A stretch of DNA of 64,000 nucleotides from Planctomycetota bacterium (GTDB lineage Bacteria; Planctomycetota; JAPUJT01). Position numbers and translations under genes: made by a program. The DNA lies in NCBI GenBank assembly GCA_027296055.1, contig JAPUJT010000023.1:1858-65857 (forward strand), read 5' to 3'. This document shows positions 28,668 through 38,495 of this stretch, piece after piece; within the stretch, counting starts at the first letter, position 1; the number at the start of each line of letters is the position of its first letter. The notes beneath the pieces were generated by a model that searched no databases, had not been told where the DNA came from, and saw only the letters and a program-made list of their open reading frames with translations.

Positions 28668-29835
28668 TACTCCTCAGATCGCGATAGACATCGAGCCAGC
28701 GGGGAGCGATTCGATCCCACGACCGCTCCGATCGAACCCAGCGGCGGCCGGCCTCCCCCGTCTCGCGAGCTCGGTCGGGGCTCCGGACCGCATCGAGGAT
28801 TGCCGATGCGATCGCCTCCGGCTCCGGCCTCACCGCCCAACCGATGTCTCGCGCCCGGATTTCGTGGTTATCCGCCCCCGGGCCGAGGACGACGGGCAAG
28901 CCCGATGCAAGGGCCTCGAGGACGGCCATCGAATCGGCTTCCTCACTCGACGGGTGAACGAAGACATCCGCATCGGCGAGGGCGCGCCATTTCTCCTCCG
29001 CCGAGAGGAGGCCAATCTGCGATACGTGGTCTCCCACGCCGTGCCACGCGATGAGCATCTTCAGGCGAACTCTCTCTGCCCTCGTGCAGCGACCCGCGAG
29101 GACGAGATGGGCATCCGGACAGGTCTTGCGTAGCTGCCGGAGGGCGGGGATCAACGACCTCACACCCTTCTCTCGGATCACACGGCCCAGGTAGAGGATC
29201 AATCGGCGGTCGCGGAGGCCGGGGTACCGCTGTCGGAGAAAACCGGGAGGCTCTCTGCGATCCATCTCCGCTGCGGAGAGACCGTTGGGAATGACGACCA
29301 CCTTCTTCGCAAGACCGAGCTTCCGCACCGACGCCGACTCGAACTCGGAGAGACAGTGAATCACTCCCGCTCCCGTCAGTGTCTGTCGCTCGAGCAGAGC
29401 CAGGTACGGCCGCTTGGTCCACCGCCGCCGGGACAGGGCGAGGGGGTTCAGGAGGCCGTGAGGCGTGATCACGTAGGGGCTGCCGATCCGACGCAGCAGA
29501 CGGGCCCCGGCGGTCACCGGATGGCGCCAGAGCCCATGCAGGTGTATCGCATCGAACCTCGATGCCGTTTCCCGAATATGAGCCGCCAGATCCGGGGATC
29601 TTCCCCACCTGCGGGGGAACGCCGGGGCGAAGGTCCGGAGGAGGGGTTGGCGATCCCCATTCTGACCGGGCTCACGGAGCGACGAGGATCCGGGGACCCC
29701 CACCGAAAGGATCTCGACATCCATCCCCAGACGCGCCTGGGCCGACGCGAGGCCCCGGACCGAGACGGCGAGACCGCCGCCCAGCAGCCGGATGTCGGTG
29801 ATGACATGAAGGACCCGCATAACTGTCCTAACCAT
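28645..29835 (-). CDS. Glycosyltransferase family 4
   Basis: HLHGLW, TPHG, LGRVIREKG, EADSMAVLEALASG. Confidence 0.92.
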   Translation of the reverse strand: MVRTVMRVLHVITDIRLLGGGLAVSVRGLASAQARLGMDVEILSVGVPGSSSLREPGQNGDRQPLLRTFAPAFPRRWGRSPDLAAHIRETASRFDAIHLHGLWRHPVTAGARLLRRIGSPYVITPHGLLNPLALSRRRWTKRPYLALLERQTLTGAGVIHCLSEFESASVRKLGLAKKVVVIPNGLSAAEMDRREPPGFLRQRYPGLRDRRLILYLGRVIREKGVRSLIPALRQLRKTCPDAHLVLAGRCTRAERVRLKMLIAWHGVGDHVSQIGLLSAEEKWRALADADVFVHPSSEEADSMAVLEALASGLPVVLGPGADNHEIRARDIGWAVRPEPEAIASAILDAVRSPDRARETGEAGRRWVRSERSWDRIAPRWLDVYRDLRSIKLKRGG

Positions 29836-31977
29836 TCATTTCACGTATCCGAGGCTCCGTAGACGTTCGAGGGCGGCGCGATCGATGCGAGATCCGGATC
29901 GGAGCCGGAGGAGCCGGGCATCCCTCGCCGCGATGATCCTCCGCGCCTCCTCCTCCCGCACCGGATCCGTCCCGATGAGATTCTTCAGCTCGCCGGGATC
30001 ATCCGCGAGATCATAGCTCTCCTCCTCTCCGGTGCTGGTTCGGATGTACTTCCAGTTACCAAGCGTCACGGCGACGAGCTCTCGCGGCGGCCTCTCGCCT
30101 CTCCGGGTATGGGCGAACCTCTCCGACAGGCTGTGATTCCGGCCGACCGCCCAGGGGGAGCCCTCCACGGTATCGGGGATCTCCCCCCCCGCCACTCGAA
30201 GAATCGTCGGGAAGAGATCGACGGTCTGCATCGGGCCCGCGGAGGCTGGCCCCACGCCAGAGCGAGAGCGCGGCAGCTTGATCAGAAGAGGGACGGAAAC
30301 CTGGGATTGATAGAGGCTCCGTCCGTGGTGAAGCTCGCCGTGCTCCCCGAACGACTCCCCATGATCACTGACCACGATGATCATGGCCTCGTCGTAACGC
30401 CCCGCCGCCTTCAGGGCATCGAAGAAGCGACGGCACTGCCCGTCCAGATAGAGGAGCTCCGCATCGTATTGCCCGATGATGAACTCCAGGTTCTGCGGTC
30501 CGATCTCCTCCACCCCGGCGGCGCCTCCATCGAGCAGATGATGCGGGTAGCCGGTCCAGTCGATCCCGGAGGGACGTTCGACGAAACGATCCGCCAGCTT
30601 ACTCACCGGGAGGTAAGGGGAGTGGGCGTCCATCAGATTCAGGAACAGGAAGAGCTGCTCGTCCGGATACGCTTCGATCCGACTCATGGCGAGATCGATC
30701 ACCTCTTCCCCCCTGCGGTAGTGGGGAACATCCGGATTCAGCCACGCGGCCCGCCTCGTCCATGATCGAGGGAGCCTCCGGCGTAAGAGGCGACTGGCGG
30801 ACTTGCCGCGGACGCGAAACGTCCCCAGCCAGGAGAGGCGCTCGGGGAGATGAGATCTCGCCGGAGTGGCGTCGTACGTCTCGAAGCCTCGGTCGAGCCC
30901 GAAGGAGCTCAGGACACCATGGTTGGCCGAGATCCCAACCGTCCGGTATCCCGTTTCCGTCATCGCCTCGGCCAGCGTCTTGACGTCGTCCCGGACGAAA
31001 TAGCCGAAGGGTGGCGGGTTCGCGTCGTCGGCGAACGGCTTGTGCCCGCCATGCGACGAGGGGTACATACCGGTGAAGATCGAGCCGTGCGACGCGAGCG
31101 AGGAGGGGGCGCACGACACGATGGGCCGGGCGACCACGCAATCTGACCGGGCAAATCGGGCGAGGGAAGGCATCGTCTCGCGAGAGTAACCGAAGAGATC
31201 CATGTGATCGGCCCGGACCGTATCCAGGACGATCAGGATGACGTCGGGCCGCTCGCCCCCCCCCCGGTCCCTTCGAGGATCCTCAGGGCGGGCCCTTCGA
31301 GACTCCTCAGGGCGGGCCGGCGCCCGCCGAGCGTGCCAGGATATATCCGCTGGCCAGACGGTGAGCCAGAGCCCCAGATCCAGCGCCAGGAGCCCCGCGA
31401 CGGCCAGGCCCGCGACTCCCAGCCCGGGGCGGTGATGCGGAGAGGATCTCCTGCGCTGGGCAAGCGCGACGAGAAAGGGAGCTGTCCCCGCCACGGCAAA
31501 GCTGGCCACGAGCCACCCCCTCTTCGCCGGGTCGAGCGACCCTCCCTCCGTGGCGATGATCGTTGCCCCCACTGTCAGGAAGCACGCCCCGACGATTCGG
31601 GGCACCAGCCCCAGATGATCCTCCGGTCTCCGAAGGGCGGGCACGAGGACGCCCATCCCGGCCAGGAGAACCACGACGAGGCCGAACCAAGGGTGCCAGC
31701 CGCGGTACGGGCCGACGACGAGCCATGCGCCCATCGCCGTATAGGCGAGGATCGATGGGACGAGCAGACATCGTGGACGGACGAGAGGGAGGACGAAGAT
31801 CGATAGGAGGGCACCGCCCATGGCGCCGAGGGATCCGTAGACGAGCACGAGGATGAGAAAATCGGCGACCGTCAACTCGCCGCCGCACCACCCGATCAAG
31901 GTGGTCTCCGCCAGGGCGTGACACCCGCCCAGGATCCAGCCCAGGATCAGAGACTCTCTGATCAAGGGGACACTCAC
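29836..31977 (-). CDS. Multi-TM membrane protein fused to a sulfatase-like (alkaline phosphatase superfamily) hydrolase/transferase domain
   Basis: About 7 TM helices, then ILIVLDTVRADH, SLASHGSIFTG, DAHSPY, SDHGE, and C-terminal LRSLGY. Confidence 0.88.
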   Translation of the reverse strand: MSVPLIRESLILGWILGGCHALAETTLIGWCGGELTVADFLILVLVYGSLGAMGGALLSIFVLPLVRPRCLLVPSILAYTAMGAWLVVGPYRGWHPWFGLVVVLLAGMGVLVPALRRPEDHLGLVPRIVGACFLTVGATIIATEGGSLDPAKRGWLVASFAVAGTAPFLVALAQRRRSSPHHRPGLGVAGLAVAGLLALDLGLWLTVWPADISWHARRAPARPEESRRARPEDPRRDRGGGERPDVILIVLDTVRADHMDLFGYSRETMPSLARFARSDCVVARPIVSCAPSSLASHGSIFTGMYPSSHGGHKPFADDANPPPFGYFVRDDVKTLAEAMTETGYRTVGISANHGVLSSFGLDRGFETYDATPARSHLPERLSWLGTFRVRGKSASRLLRRRLPRSWTRRAAWLNPDVPHYRRGEEVIDLAMSRIEAYPDEQLFLFLNLMDAHSPYLPVSKLADRFVERPSGIDWTGYPHHLLDGGAAGVEEIGPQNLEFIIGQYDAELLYLDGQCRRFFDALKAAGRYDEAMIIVVSDHGESFGEHGELHHGRSLYQSQVSVPLLIKLPRSRSGVGPASAGPMQTVDLFPTILRVAGGEIPDTVEGSPWAVGRNHSLSERFAHTRRGERPPRELVAVTLGNWKYIRTSTGEEESYDLADDPGELKNLIGTDPVREEEARRIIAARDARLLRLRSGSRIDRAALERLRSLGYVK
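31269..31316 (+). repeat. Two tandem 24-bp palindromic (REP-like) units inside a CDS
   Basis: CCCTTCGAGGATCCTCAGGGCGGG and CCCTTCGAGACTCCTCAGGGCGGG. A third, inverted copy lies at 35283-35306. Confidence 0.8.
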
Positions 31978-33474
31978 CTAATTCGAACCCGTTTCGGGGA
32001 CAGTCGTTTTCTTCGAGGACATAGGCCTCGGCGTCGACGGAATCTTCGCGCCCGATGACAGGCTCACCAGGAGTTGCTCAGCCGCCAGATCGCAGAGAAT
32101 CAGAAGGACGGTGTCGCGTTGATCGAAATCCATCGTCGAGCCGGCGGGACGGTTGACGAACATCTCCCCGCGAAGATCTCCGAGGGCCAGGGTGATGCCA
32201 AGATCCCAGTCGGACTTCGCATCCGAATTCGTCCCCCAGGATCTTTCCGACGGGCCATCCACACCGAGATCTACGCTCCAGTGAGCTCCCAGATAGCCGA
32301 GGGCCTCCGCCGCGGCGCGGATCGACTCCCAGGCCTCCGGCTCCCCCCTCGACTCCTTCAAGGCCTTCCCCGTGTCGAACAGGATTTTCCTCACCTGCCG
32401 GAGGCCAGCCGGCCCCTCCGATCGCGATCGCCAGTTGCCACGCGCGAGCAGTATCCTGCGGAACACGATCGCCCCCAGGAACCCCGCCACCAGGAACCCG
32501 ATCCCTATCTCACGCGTGTTGTTGTATGTGATCAGGATGGCGACGCCGCCGAGAAAGGCCGTCACGCTGTACAAGATCAGGCTGGACTGCCGCTGAGTGA
32601 AACCCTGTCGCAGGAGGGTGTGGTGAATGTGCTCGTCGTCCCCGCGGAAGATCGGCCGTCCTCGAAAGAAGCGCCTCGCCGCGGCGAAGGTCGTGTCGGC
32701 GATGGGAAGTCCGAAGATCAGGACCGGAATCGTCATCGCCACGACGGCGGAGGATTTCAGGGACCCGAGGATCGACAGGCTGGCCAGCGTGAACCCGACG
32801 AAGAGGCTGCCGCTGTCGCCCATGAAGATTCTGGCCGGATGAAAGTTATGCTGGAGGAAACCGAGGATCGCCCCGGCGAGTCCGATGACCAGGACCGCCC
32901 CCACGACGTTGTTGAGGGCAAGCGCACAGATGAAGAGGGCGATCGCTGCGAACGCCGTCACCCCGGCGGCCAGGCCGTCGATCCCATCGATAAGATTGAT
33001 GGCGTTCGTGATCCCCACGATCCAGATCACCGTGATGACAGGACTGGCGGCCCCGAAGGCGATCGGATCGCCGAACGGATTGGTGACGTGGGTGATCTGG
33101 ACTCCCATCTTGTAGACGACGACGGCGGCCACGATTTCGATGGGAAGCTTGATCCAGGGGCTCCACCCTCGCAGGTCATCCGCGACGCCAACGGCAAGGA
33201 TGATCGTGGAGCCGACGAGAATCCCGAGGATCTCGGGAAAACGAGTGGCGACCTCGGCCGTCACGGTGTTCGAGATCAACAGCAGGGAGAGGAGGGGGAG
33301 GAAGAAGGCGGCATAGATAGCGATTCCCCCGAGCCTCGGGACCGCTCCCCGATGGACCTTGCGTCTCCCGGGACGATCCATCGCGCCGAGCCGGATCGCG
33401 AGAGCGCGGGCCACAGGCGTGAGAAGGGCCGCCAGCAGAAGCGACAGTAGAAAAATCCCCGCGTAGGTCTTCAT
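31978..33474 (-). CDS. wecA: Undecaprenyl-phosphate GlcNAc-1-phosphate transferase (WecA/TagO type) with extra C-terminal soluble domain
   Basis: [34 protein letters not shown] (WecA-type motif). Confidence 0.88.
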   Translation of the reverse strand: MKTYAGIFLLSLLLAALLTPVARALAIRLGAMDRPGRRKVHRGAVPRLGGIAIYAAFFLPLLSLLLISNTVTAEVATRFPEILGILVGSTIILAVGVADDLRGWSPWIKLPIEIVAAVVVYKMGVQITHVTNPFGDPIAFGAASPVITVIWIVGITNAINLIDGIDGLAAGVTAFAAIALFICALALNNVVGAVLVIGLAGAILGFLQHNFHPARIFMGDSGSLFVGFTLASLSILGSLKSSAVVAMTIPVLIFGLPIADTTFAAARRFFRGRPIFRGDDEHIHHTLLRQGFTQRQSSLILYSVTAFLGGVAILITYNNTREIGIGFLVAGFLGAIVFRRILLARGNWRSRSEGPAGLRQVRKILFDTGKALKESRGEPEAWESIRAAAEALGYLGAHWSVDLGVDGPSERSWGTNSDAKSDWDLGITLALGDLRGEMFVNRPAGSTMDFDQRDTVLLILCDLAAEQLLVSLSSGAKIPSTPRPMSSKKTTVPETGSN

Positions 33475-34694
33475 GAAAAATGACCGTCCATACCGAGGAT
33501 GGCGCCTGCCATGGCCGCCGCAGAGGCCTCGGGGCTGAACTCCTCGATGATCCTCCGGGAGGCCTCCCCCATCCGCTCACGAAGCGTAGGCCGGGAGAGG
33601 ATCGTGTGGAGGGCCGATCGGAGGCGTTCTACGTCCCGGACCGGATAGACGAAGCCGTTCTCTCCATGGCGAACCAGGTCTCGAGCCGCTCCCGCAACGG
33701 ATGAGACCACGACGGGCAGGCCGGAGGCCATCGCCTCGTTGACGACGAAGCCCCACGAATCGTGCCAGGTGGGCAATACAAAGACATCCGCCGTGGAGTA
33801 GTAAAGAGGCAGTCGATCCCGGGGAACGAAACCTGGAAAGAACAGATTTCCCCATCCCCGGGTCTTCGCGCGCCGACGGAGTCGGGAGAGCCCCGGGCCG
33901 GAGCCGGCGAGGACGAGTCCGGTCTCGCCCTTCGAGTCCAGACCGAGAAAGGCCGCGATCAGGTCCTCGGTTCCCTTCCACTGCTCGATCCGGCCAACGA
34001 ACAGTATCACCTTTTTCGGCAGCCCGAGACGTCGCCGCCAGACCCGCCGATCGCGGTCGAGGCGCTCTCGCGATCGGGCGAAGAAGGCGGTATCGGTCGA
34101 ATTGGGTACGACCTGGATGCGAGGAGACGGAGCCCCGAGCCCCTCGAGGTACTCCTTCGCGGCCGTTCCGGATGCGAGGTACCCGTCGCAGGACGACACG
34201 ATCTTTCGCTTCAGAAACTCCTTCACCCTCCCCCCGGACCTTCGATCCGCCGCGGTGCTCTCCGACCAGAGGAGGACCTTCTTTCCCATCGCTCGAGCGA
34301 GAAGCATCGCCTGAATGTAAGCGGGGTGCGAATATCCCGGCAGGATCACCAGATCAAATTCCCGACGGGCTATCCTGCGGGGAAGGAGGGCGCCCCAGGT
34401 CAGCCCTTCGTGACGAAGCCCGCCGTGCGTGAGTATCGTGAACGGATACTCGATCTCATCCAGATGGAGATCCCATTCACGCCGATGTCTGCGGCAGAGG
34501 TGAATCACATGTAGATCGACGCGAGGCATCCGGGCGAGGGCGTTGAACAGGGGATTTCGGTACGGGGTGATCATCGGAGAGACGAGGAGGACCCGGATGG
34601 GAAGACCGTCGCCCCCGTTCGTCCCGACGCCTTCCGTGTGTGTTCTGGCAGCGCGCGGGACAGCTTCGGAATCTATTCCCTGCGAGATAGCCAT
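33471..34694 (-). CDS. Glycosyltransferase family 4
   Basis: [30 protein letters not shown]. Confidence 0.92.
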   Translation of the reverse strand: MAISQGIDSEAVPRAARTHTEGVGTNGGDGLPIRVLLVSPMITPYRNPLFNALARMPRVDLHVIHLCRRHRREWDLHLDEIEYPFTILTHGGLRHEGLTWGALLPRRIARREFDLVILPGYSHPAYIQAMLLARAMGKKVLLWSESTAADRRSGGRVKEFLKRKIVSSCDGYLASGTAAKEYLEGLGAPSPRIQVVPNSTDTAFFARSRERLDRDRRVWRRRLGLPKKVILFVGRIEQWKGTEDLIAAFLGLDSKGETGLVLAGSGPGLSRLRRRAKTRGWGNLFFPGFVPRDRLPLYYSTADVFVLPTWHDSWGFVVNEAMASGLPVVVSSVAGAARDLVRHGENGFVYPVRDVERLRSALHTILSRPTLRERMGEASRRIIEEFSPEASAAAMAGAILGMDGHFS

Positions 34695-34746
34695 TCCTCC
34701 TGGGAAGTTCTAGTCCTCCTCATTCTAGATAGCGTCCCAAAACCGG

Positions 34747-36852
34747 TCAACCCGGCTGGGTCCCGCGACCCTCTCCTCGTGCGTAAGGGCTGAACGGCTC
34801 ATCACCAGCAGTGCGGGCGATGTGAATCGGCTCGGGGAGAGGTGGGCCCCCTCCTGGCCAGAAGAGGACCGGCTTCGGCCTCCCCCTCAGGAACCGATTC
34901 CGCTGGAGGGCCCTGCCCAGGATGGGGCATGTCGCCCGCGCCCGGATGAATCTCGGGGAAAGACGCGCCAGGTGGGAGACCATACCGCCTACCATCCATT
35001 CATAAAGCGCCGGCGTTGGCCTGGGGGCGAAGATCTCCACGATGGCCGCCTCCACTACACCGCCCCGGGAGAAGACCCGCCCCAGCGCCCACCCCACCGC
35101 CTCCCCCTCCACATCGAACCGGACGGCGAGGTATCTGCCGGCGCCACCGTCTTTCCTTTCCATCCACTCTTGATGGGAGGGGTCGGGGATCTGAACCGTC
35201 CCGTAGCCGAGGGGGCCATCGTAGAGGGTCGTCACCTCGGACCCTATCTCCTTCACGGGGATCATTCGCCCCGCGCGGGGCGCCTGCCCTGAGGAGCCTC
35301 GAAGGGACTGCCCGTTGGGCGGGCGCAGAAGCGTCCGGACCCCCACGGCGAAGAGACCCGTCCCTAAGGGCGCGGGCAGTCCGGACCGGCGTCGTAGTTC
35401 GGCGCCCATCGCGGATCCATCCAGGGGCAGGATGAAGGGATGGGAAGTGGCGATCACGCGCCAGCCCATTCTGGGCAGGAGTCGGACGGGGGCAGAGGTC
35501 CCGACGACGCACAGCACGGGCTCGGGCCTTTCCATGAGGGCCTGCATCACCGCCGTCCCTAGACCCCCACGACGCCACTCCGGCAGGCAGTACCAATCGA
35601 ACATCTCGAGACAGGCGGTGGTCCCACCACCGACCCTGTAGAGTCGCCGCATCCCGGATACTGTCGCCAGGCAATCGTTTCCCCGTCGGGCCACCATGAT
35701 GGCATCGAGGGACGGACAATCGATGTAACGCCACCGGCCAAACACCTCGCTCCGGGGCCGATCCCACGCCCTCTCGCCTAGCCGGCGCAACGCCGAAACA
35801 TCATCTGGATGAAAGGGGCTGATCTCGACCTCACGGGAGATACCCTCCCGGCCGGATCCACCTGTCGGAGCCGGGGCGCGAATCCGGGCGGGGGTTCGCG
35901 CCGCTCTGAACCTCGAGGGGCCTCGGTAGGGCCTCACCCCTCTCGGACGGCCCACCAGACGGCGGATGAGGCCCGGAATGCCACTCAGCTCGGCGGCTAG
36001 CCTGTTGACGGAGCCGTGATCTGCCACCCCCATACCCTTGAGGTTGTACGGGTCCGTGTCGGGGCCGTTCCAGCCCACGTCGATTCCCCGTGCCGATGAA
36101 TATCCGGCCTCCTGCACCATCTCGCGGAGGCGTTCGTCCCGATCGCCTCCGGGGTAGCTGAAGTGCCGGCAGTCCCGCCCCAGGAGCGTCTCCAGATCCT
36201 TCCTCGAGCCGGCCACTTCCTCGCGGCACTCCTCGTCGGTGCAGGTGGAGAGCATAGGATGCGTCCGCGAGTGTGAACCAAAATCGACGCTCGCCTCCAT
36301 GGCCACCAGCTCATCGACGCTCAGGGCCTGCCGCTCCGAGGAGGGGTAATCCTTCTCGGGCGCGAACCCGACGGCCCTCTGGAGCATCTCGAGGCGCCGC
36401 GCATGAGGCTGGCGCCCGAGCATCGCCTTGTCGATTCCGGATCGCATGAACCAGAACTGCCGGAGAGACCCGACGACCCCGCTACACAGGTACAGGATCG
36501 GGACGACGCCATACCGGCCGAAGAGAGGATTGAGCTCCACGTTGCCCCGATGGCCATCATCCAGTGTGAGCACGAGAGGATAGTCCGGAATGTCGTTCCA
36601 GTGGCCGTTACGGATGGCGTCGACGAGCCGGTCCAGGGATATGAACGAGTACCGGTGGGAGAGGTAGTCGAGATGCCTCGCCAGGGTGGCGGGGTCGGGG
36701 TCATGGTACCAGATAATGGTAGCCCGCCGCCTGGCGCAGACACGGCGGACAGCGGAGGGGAGGCCGCTCAACCGGAGGAGGGCCGCGCCCACCTCCGTGG
36801 CGAGGCGTGGAAAGGAGGCCCGGACCGGGCTGCCGAGTTCGTCGGAATTCAT
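34747..36852 (-). CDS. Polysaccharide deacetylase (CE4) fused to a GNAT-like acyltransferase
   Basis: TLDDG, FGSHSRTH and FSYPGG (CE4), then DWYCLPEWRRGGLG (acetyl-CoA-binding motif A). Start placed at MNSDE. Confidence 0.82.
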   Translation of the reverse strand: MNSDELGSPVRASFPRLATEVGAALLRLSGLPSAVRRVCARRRATIIWYHDPDPATLARHLDYLSHRYSFISLDRLVDAIRNGHWNDIPDYPLVLTLDDGHRGNVELNPLFGRYGVVPILYLCSGVVGSLRQFWFMRSGIDKAMLGRQPHARRLEMLQRAVGFAPEKDYPSSERQALSVDELVAMEASVDFGSHSRTHPMLSTCTDEECREEVAGSRKDLETLLGRDCRHFSYPGGDRDERLREMVQEAGYSSARGIDVGWNGPDTDPYNLKGMGVADHGSVNRLAAELSGIPGLIRRLVGRPRGVRPYRGPSRFRAARTPARIRAPAPTGGSGREGISREVEISPFHPDDVSALRRLGERAWDRPRSEVFGRWRYIDCPSLDAIMVARRGNDCLATVSGMRRLYRVGGGTTACLEMFDWYCLPEWRRGGLGTAVMQALMERPEPVLCVVGTSAPVRLLPRMGWRVIATSHPFILPLDGSAMGAELRRRSGLPAPLGTGLFAVGVRTLLRPPNGQSLRGSSGQAPRAGRMIPVKEIGSEVTTLYDGPLGYGTVQIPDPSHQEWMERKDGGAGRYLAVRFDVEGEAVGWALGRVFSRGGVVEAAIVEIFAPRPTPALYEWMVGGMVSHLARLSPRFIRARATCPILGRALQRNRFLRGRPKPVLFWPGGGPPLPEPIHIARTAGDEPFSPYARGEGRGTQPG
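35283..35306 (-). repeat. 24-bp palindromic (REP-like) unit inside a CDS
   Basis: Reverse complement CCCTTCGAGGCTCCTCAGGGCAGG, translated here as SLRGSSGQA. Confidence 0.75.
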
Positions 36853-37037
36853 GGCGCTTGTGGAACATGCAGAATGCCGTACACCAGCGGGACGAGGACC
36901 CGCTAGCCGGCGACCTGGAATCTGAAATGCCTTCCCGCTCCGATGAACTCCGCCAATCGCTGCCCCGGGAAGCCTGTCAGAATTGAAGGCTGGATGGCGT
37001 ACTTCCTTGGTCCGTCGGGATTTAAGCGCCCCAATTC

Positions 37038-37066
37038 TTGACAAAGATCTGAGTGTCTCCCATAAT
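37038..37066 (+). promoter_or_regulatory. sigma70 promoter
   Basis: TTGACA-17-CATAAT, about 50 nt upstream of 37118. Confidence 0.75.
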
Positions 37067-37117
37067 ATTTTAGCGGATCGAGCTCCCTAAATCCTCCTGG
37101 AGGCCAAAGGAACGCCC

Positions 37118-38428
37118 ATGGTCGGCCTGCTTCTCGCGATCCTTGCCCTGGGGCCCCCCGAGGGGCCTTCCTGGCAGGACGATCAAACTTTGATCCAGCA
37201 GACCGCGGCATGGGTTCGTGACGCCACTTCCCGTCGTCCGGAACTGGCGGATTCGGCGCGGGAGGATCTCCATTCACTCGATCTCGACGCAGTCCCCGGC
37301 CTCGCCGTGCACCTTGGTGATCTCGAAAGTCGGCCGGTCATCGTCGAGGCGATCGAGACGATTTGCGACCGGGCCCTCACCGAGCTGTCCCGCGACGGCG
37401 ATGAAGCGGTGACCCTGGAGGAAAGGGAGCGCATGGAGTCGTCGATGCTCCGCGCGGGTCCCCTCGCCGCATCATCGCTGATGAAAGCGATCCATTTCGG
37501 ACAGACGAAGGAGCGGGAGACGGCGATGAATATTTGGTCCCATCTCAAGGATTCCGTCGTCCTTGACGATTCCGGATGGGATCAGCTCATGCGAACCCTG
37601 CCGCTTTCCGCGCCCATCGTTCTCGACCTGGCCCGGAAAGAAGATACCTCCGCCCGAGCGACCCTTCTGATGCGCGAGGCGTCGGATCTCGAGATCGAAA
37701 GACTCTCCTCGCCCGATTGGGGCGTCCGCGAGAGGGCGGCGGAAGCCCTATTCCTGTTGGGGGATGTCGCCGAGCCTGCTCTCGGAGAAGCGGCTTCATC
37801 CCGCGACGCGCACCTCGCCTTCACGGCCGGAAGGCTCTATCAGCAGATTCGTTGGAAGGTCGGAACATCCCTGGCCCACCGACTGGGGCATCGGCTGGAG
37901 GGGTACGAGAAACTGGACTGGCGGGACCGGAGGGCCATGATCTACCGGATCGCCCGACTCGGCCGCTCGGAGGCGATCCCGCCTCTCCGAAAGATCCTCG
38001 AGGTCGAAAGGAGCGAGGCCGTCCGGATCTCCGCGGCGGAGAGCCTTGCCGTTCTTCGAGATCGCGAAGGGATCAACTACCTGAAACTGCTCAACCTGCA
38101 TTCGCGCTTCCTGACACCGAGAGTGACGGTCGGGATATACATTGACCAGGGGCTTCGATACCTTCGAGAGGACGACTATCCCGAGGCGGAGAAGGAGTTC
38201 CTCAAGGCCCTGGAGATCGACCCCCTCAACAAACTGGCCCACTACAACCTGGCCTGCACCTACTCGCTATGGGGTAAGACAGACGAGGCCCTTCGAAGCC
38301 TGGGCCTCGCCCTCGAGAACGGTTTCAGGAAGTTCCGGCACATGGAGAAGGACGAGGACCTGGATCCGATCCGGGACGACGAGAGGTACAAGGAACTGCT
38401 GGACAGATTCCAGTCTGGCAGTAAGTAG
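37118..38428 (+). CDS. Exported HEAT-repeat / TPR protein
   Basis: Short hydrophobic N-terminus, LSSPDWGVRERAAEAL and VRISAAESL (HEAT-like), AHYNLACTYSL...DEDLDPIR (TPR end). Confidence 0.85.
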   Translation: MVGLLLAILALGPPEGPSWQDDQTLIQQTAAWVRDATSRRPELADSAREDLHSLDLDAVPGLAVHLGDLESRPVIVEAIETICDRALTELSRDGDEAVTLEERERMESSMLRAGPLAASSLMKAIHFGQTKERETAMNIWSHLKDSVVLDDSGWDQLMRTLPLSAPIVLDLARKEDTSARATLLMREASDLEIERLSSPDWGVRERAAEALFLLGDVAEPALGEAASSRDAHLAFTAGRLYQQIRWKVGTSLAHRLGHRLEGYEKLDWRDRRAMIYRIARLGRSEAIPPLRKILEVERSEAVRISAAESLAVLRDREGINYLKLLNLHSRFLTPRVTVGIYIDQGLRYLREDDYPEAEKEFLKALEIDPLNKLAHYNLACTYSLWGKTDEALRSLGLALENGFRKFRHMEKDEDLDPIRDDERYKELLDRFQSGSK

Positions 38429-38495
38429 CGCTGAGGCCGATCCGGATTCTGTGAACCGGACCTGGCACGATTGCCCGAACCGCCGGGGGGTGGGG

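Noticed and set aside
31978-33474. Calling this gene mraY
   Set aside because: The RKVH/PRLGG and HIHH motifs and the glycan-locus context fit WecA/TagO, and there is no dcw cluster.
38463-38478. sigma54 promoter (TGGCACG...TTGC)
   Set aside because: The GG-to-GC spacing is wrong for a -24/-12 element.
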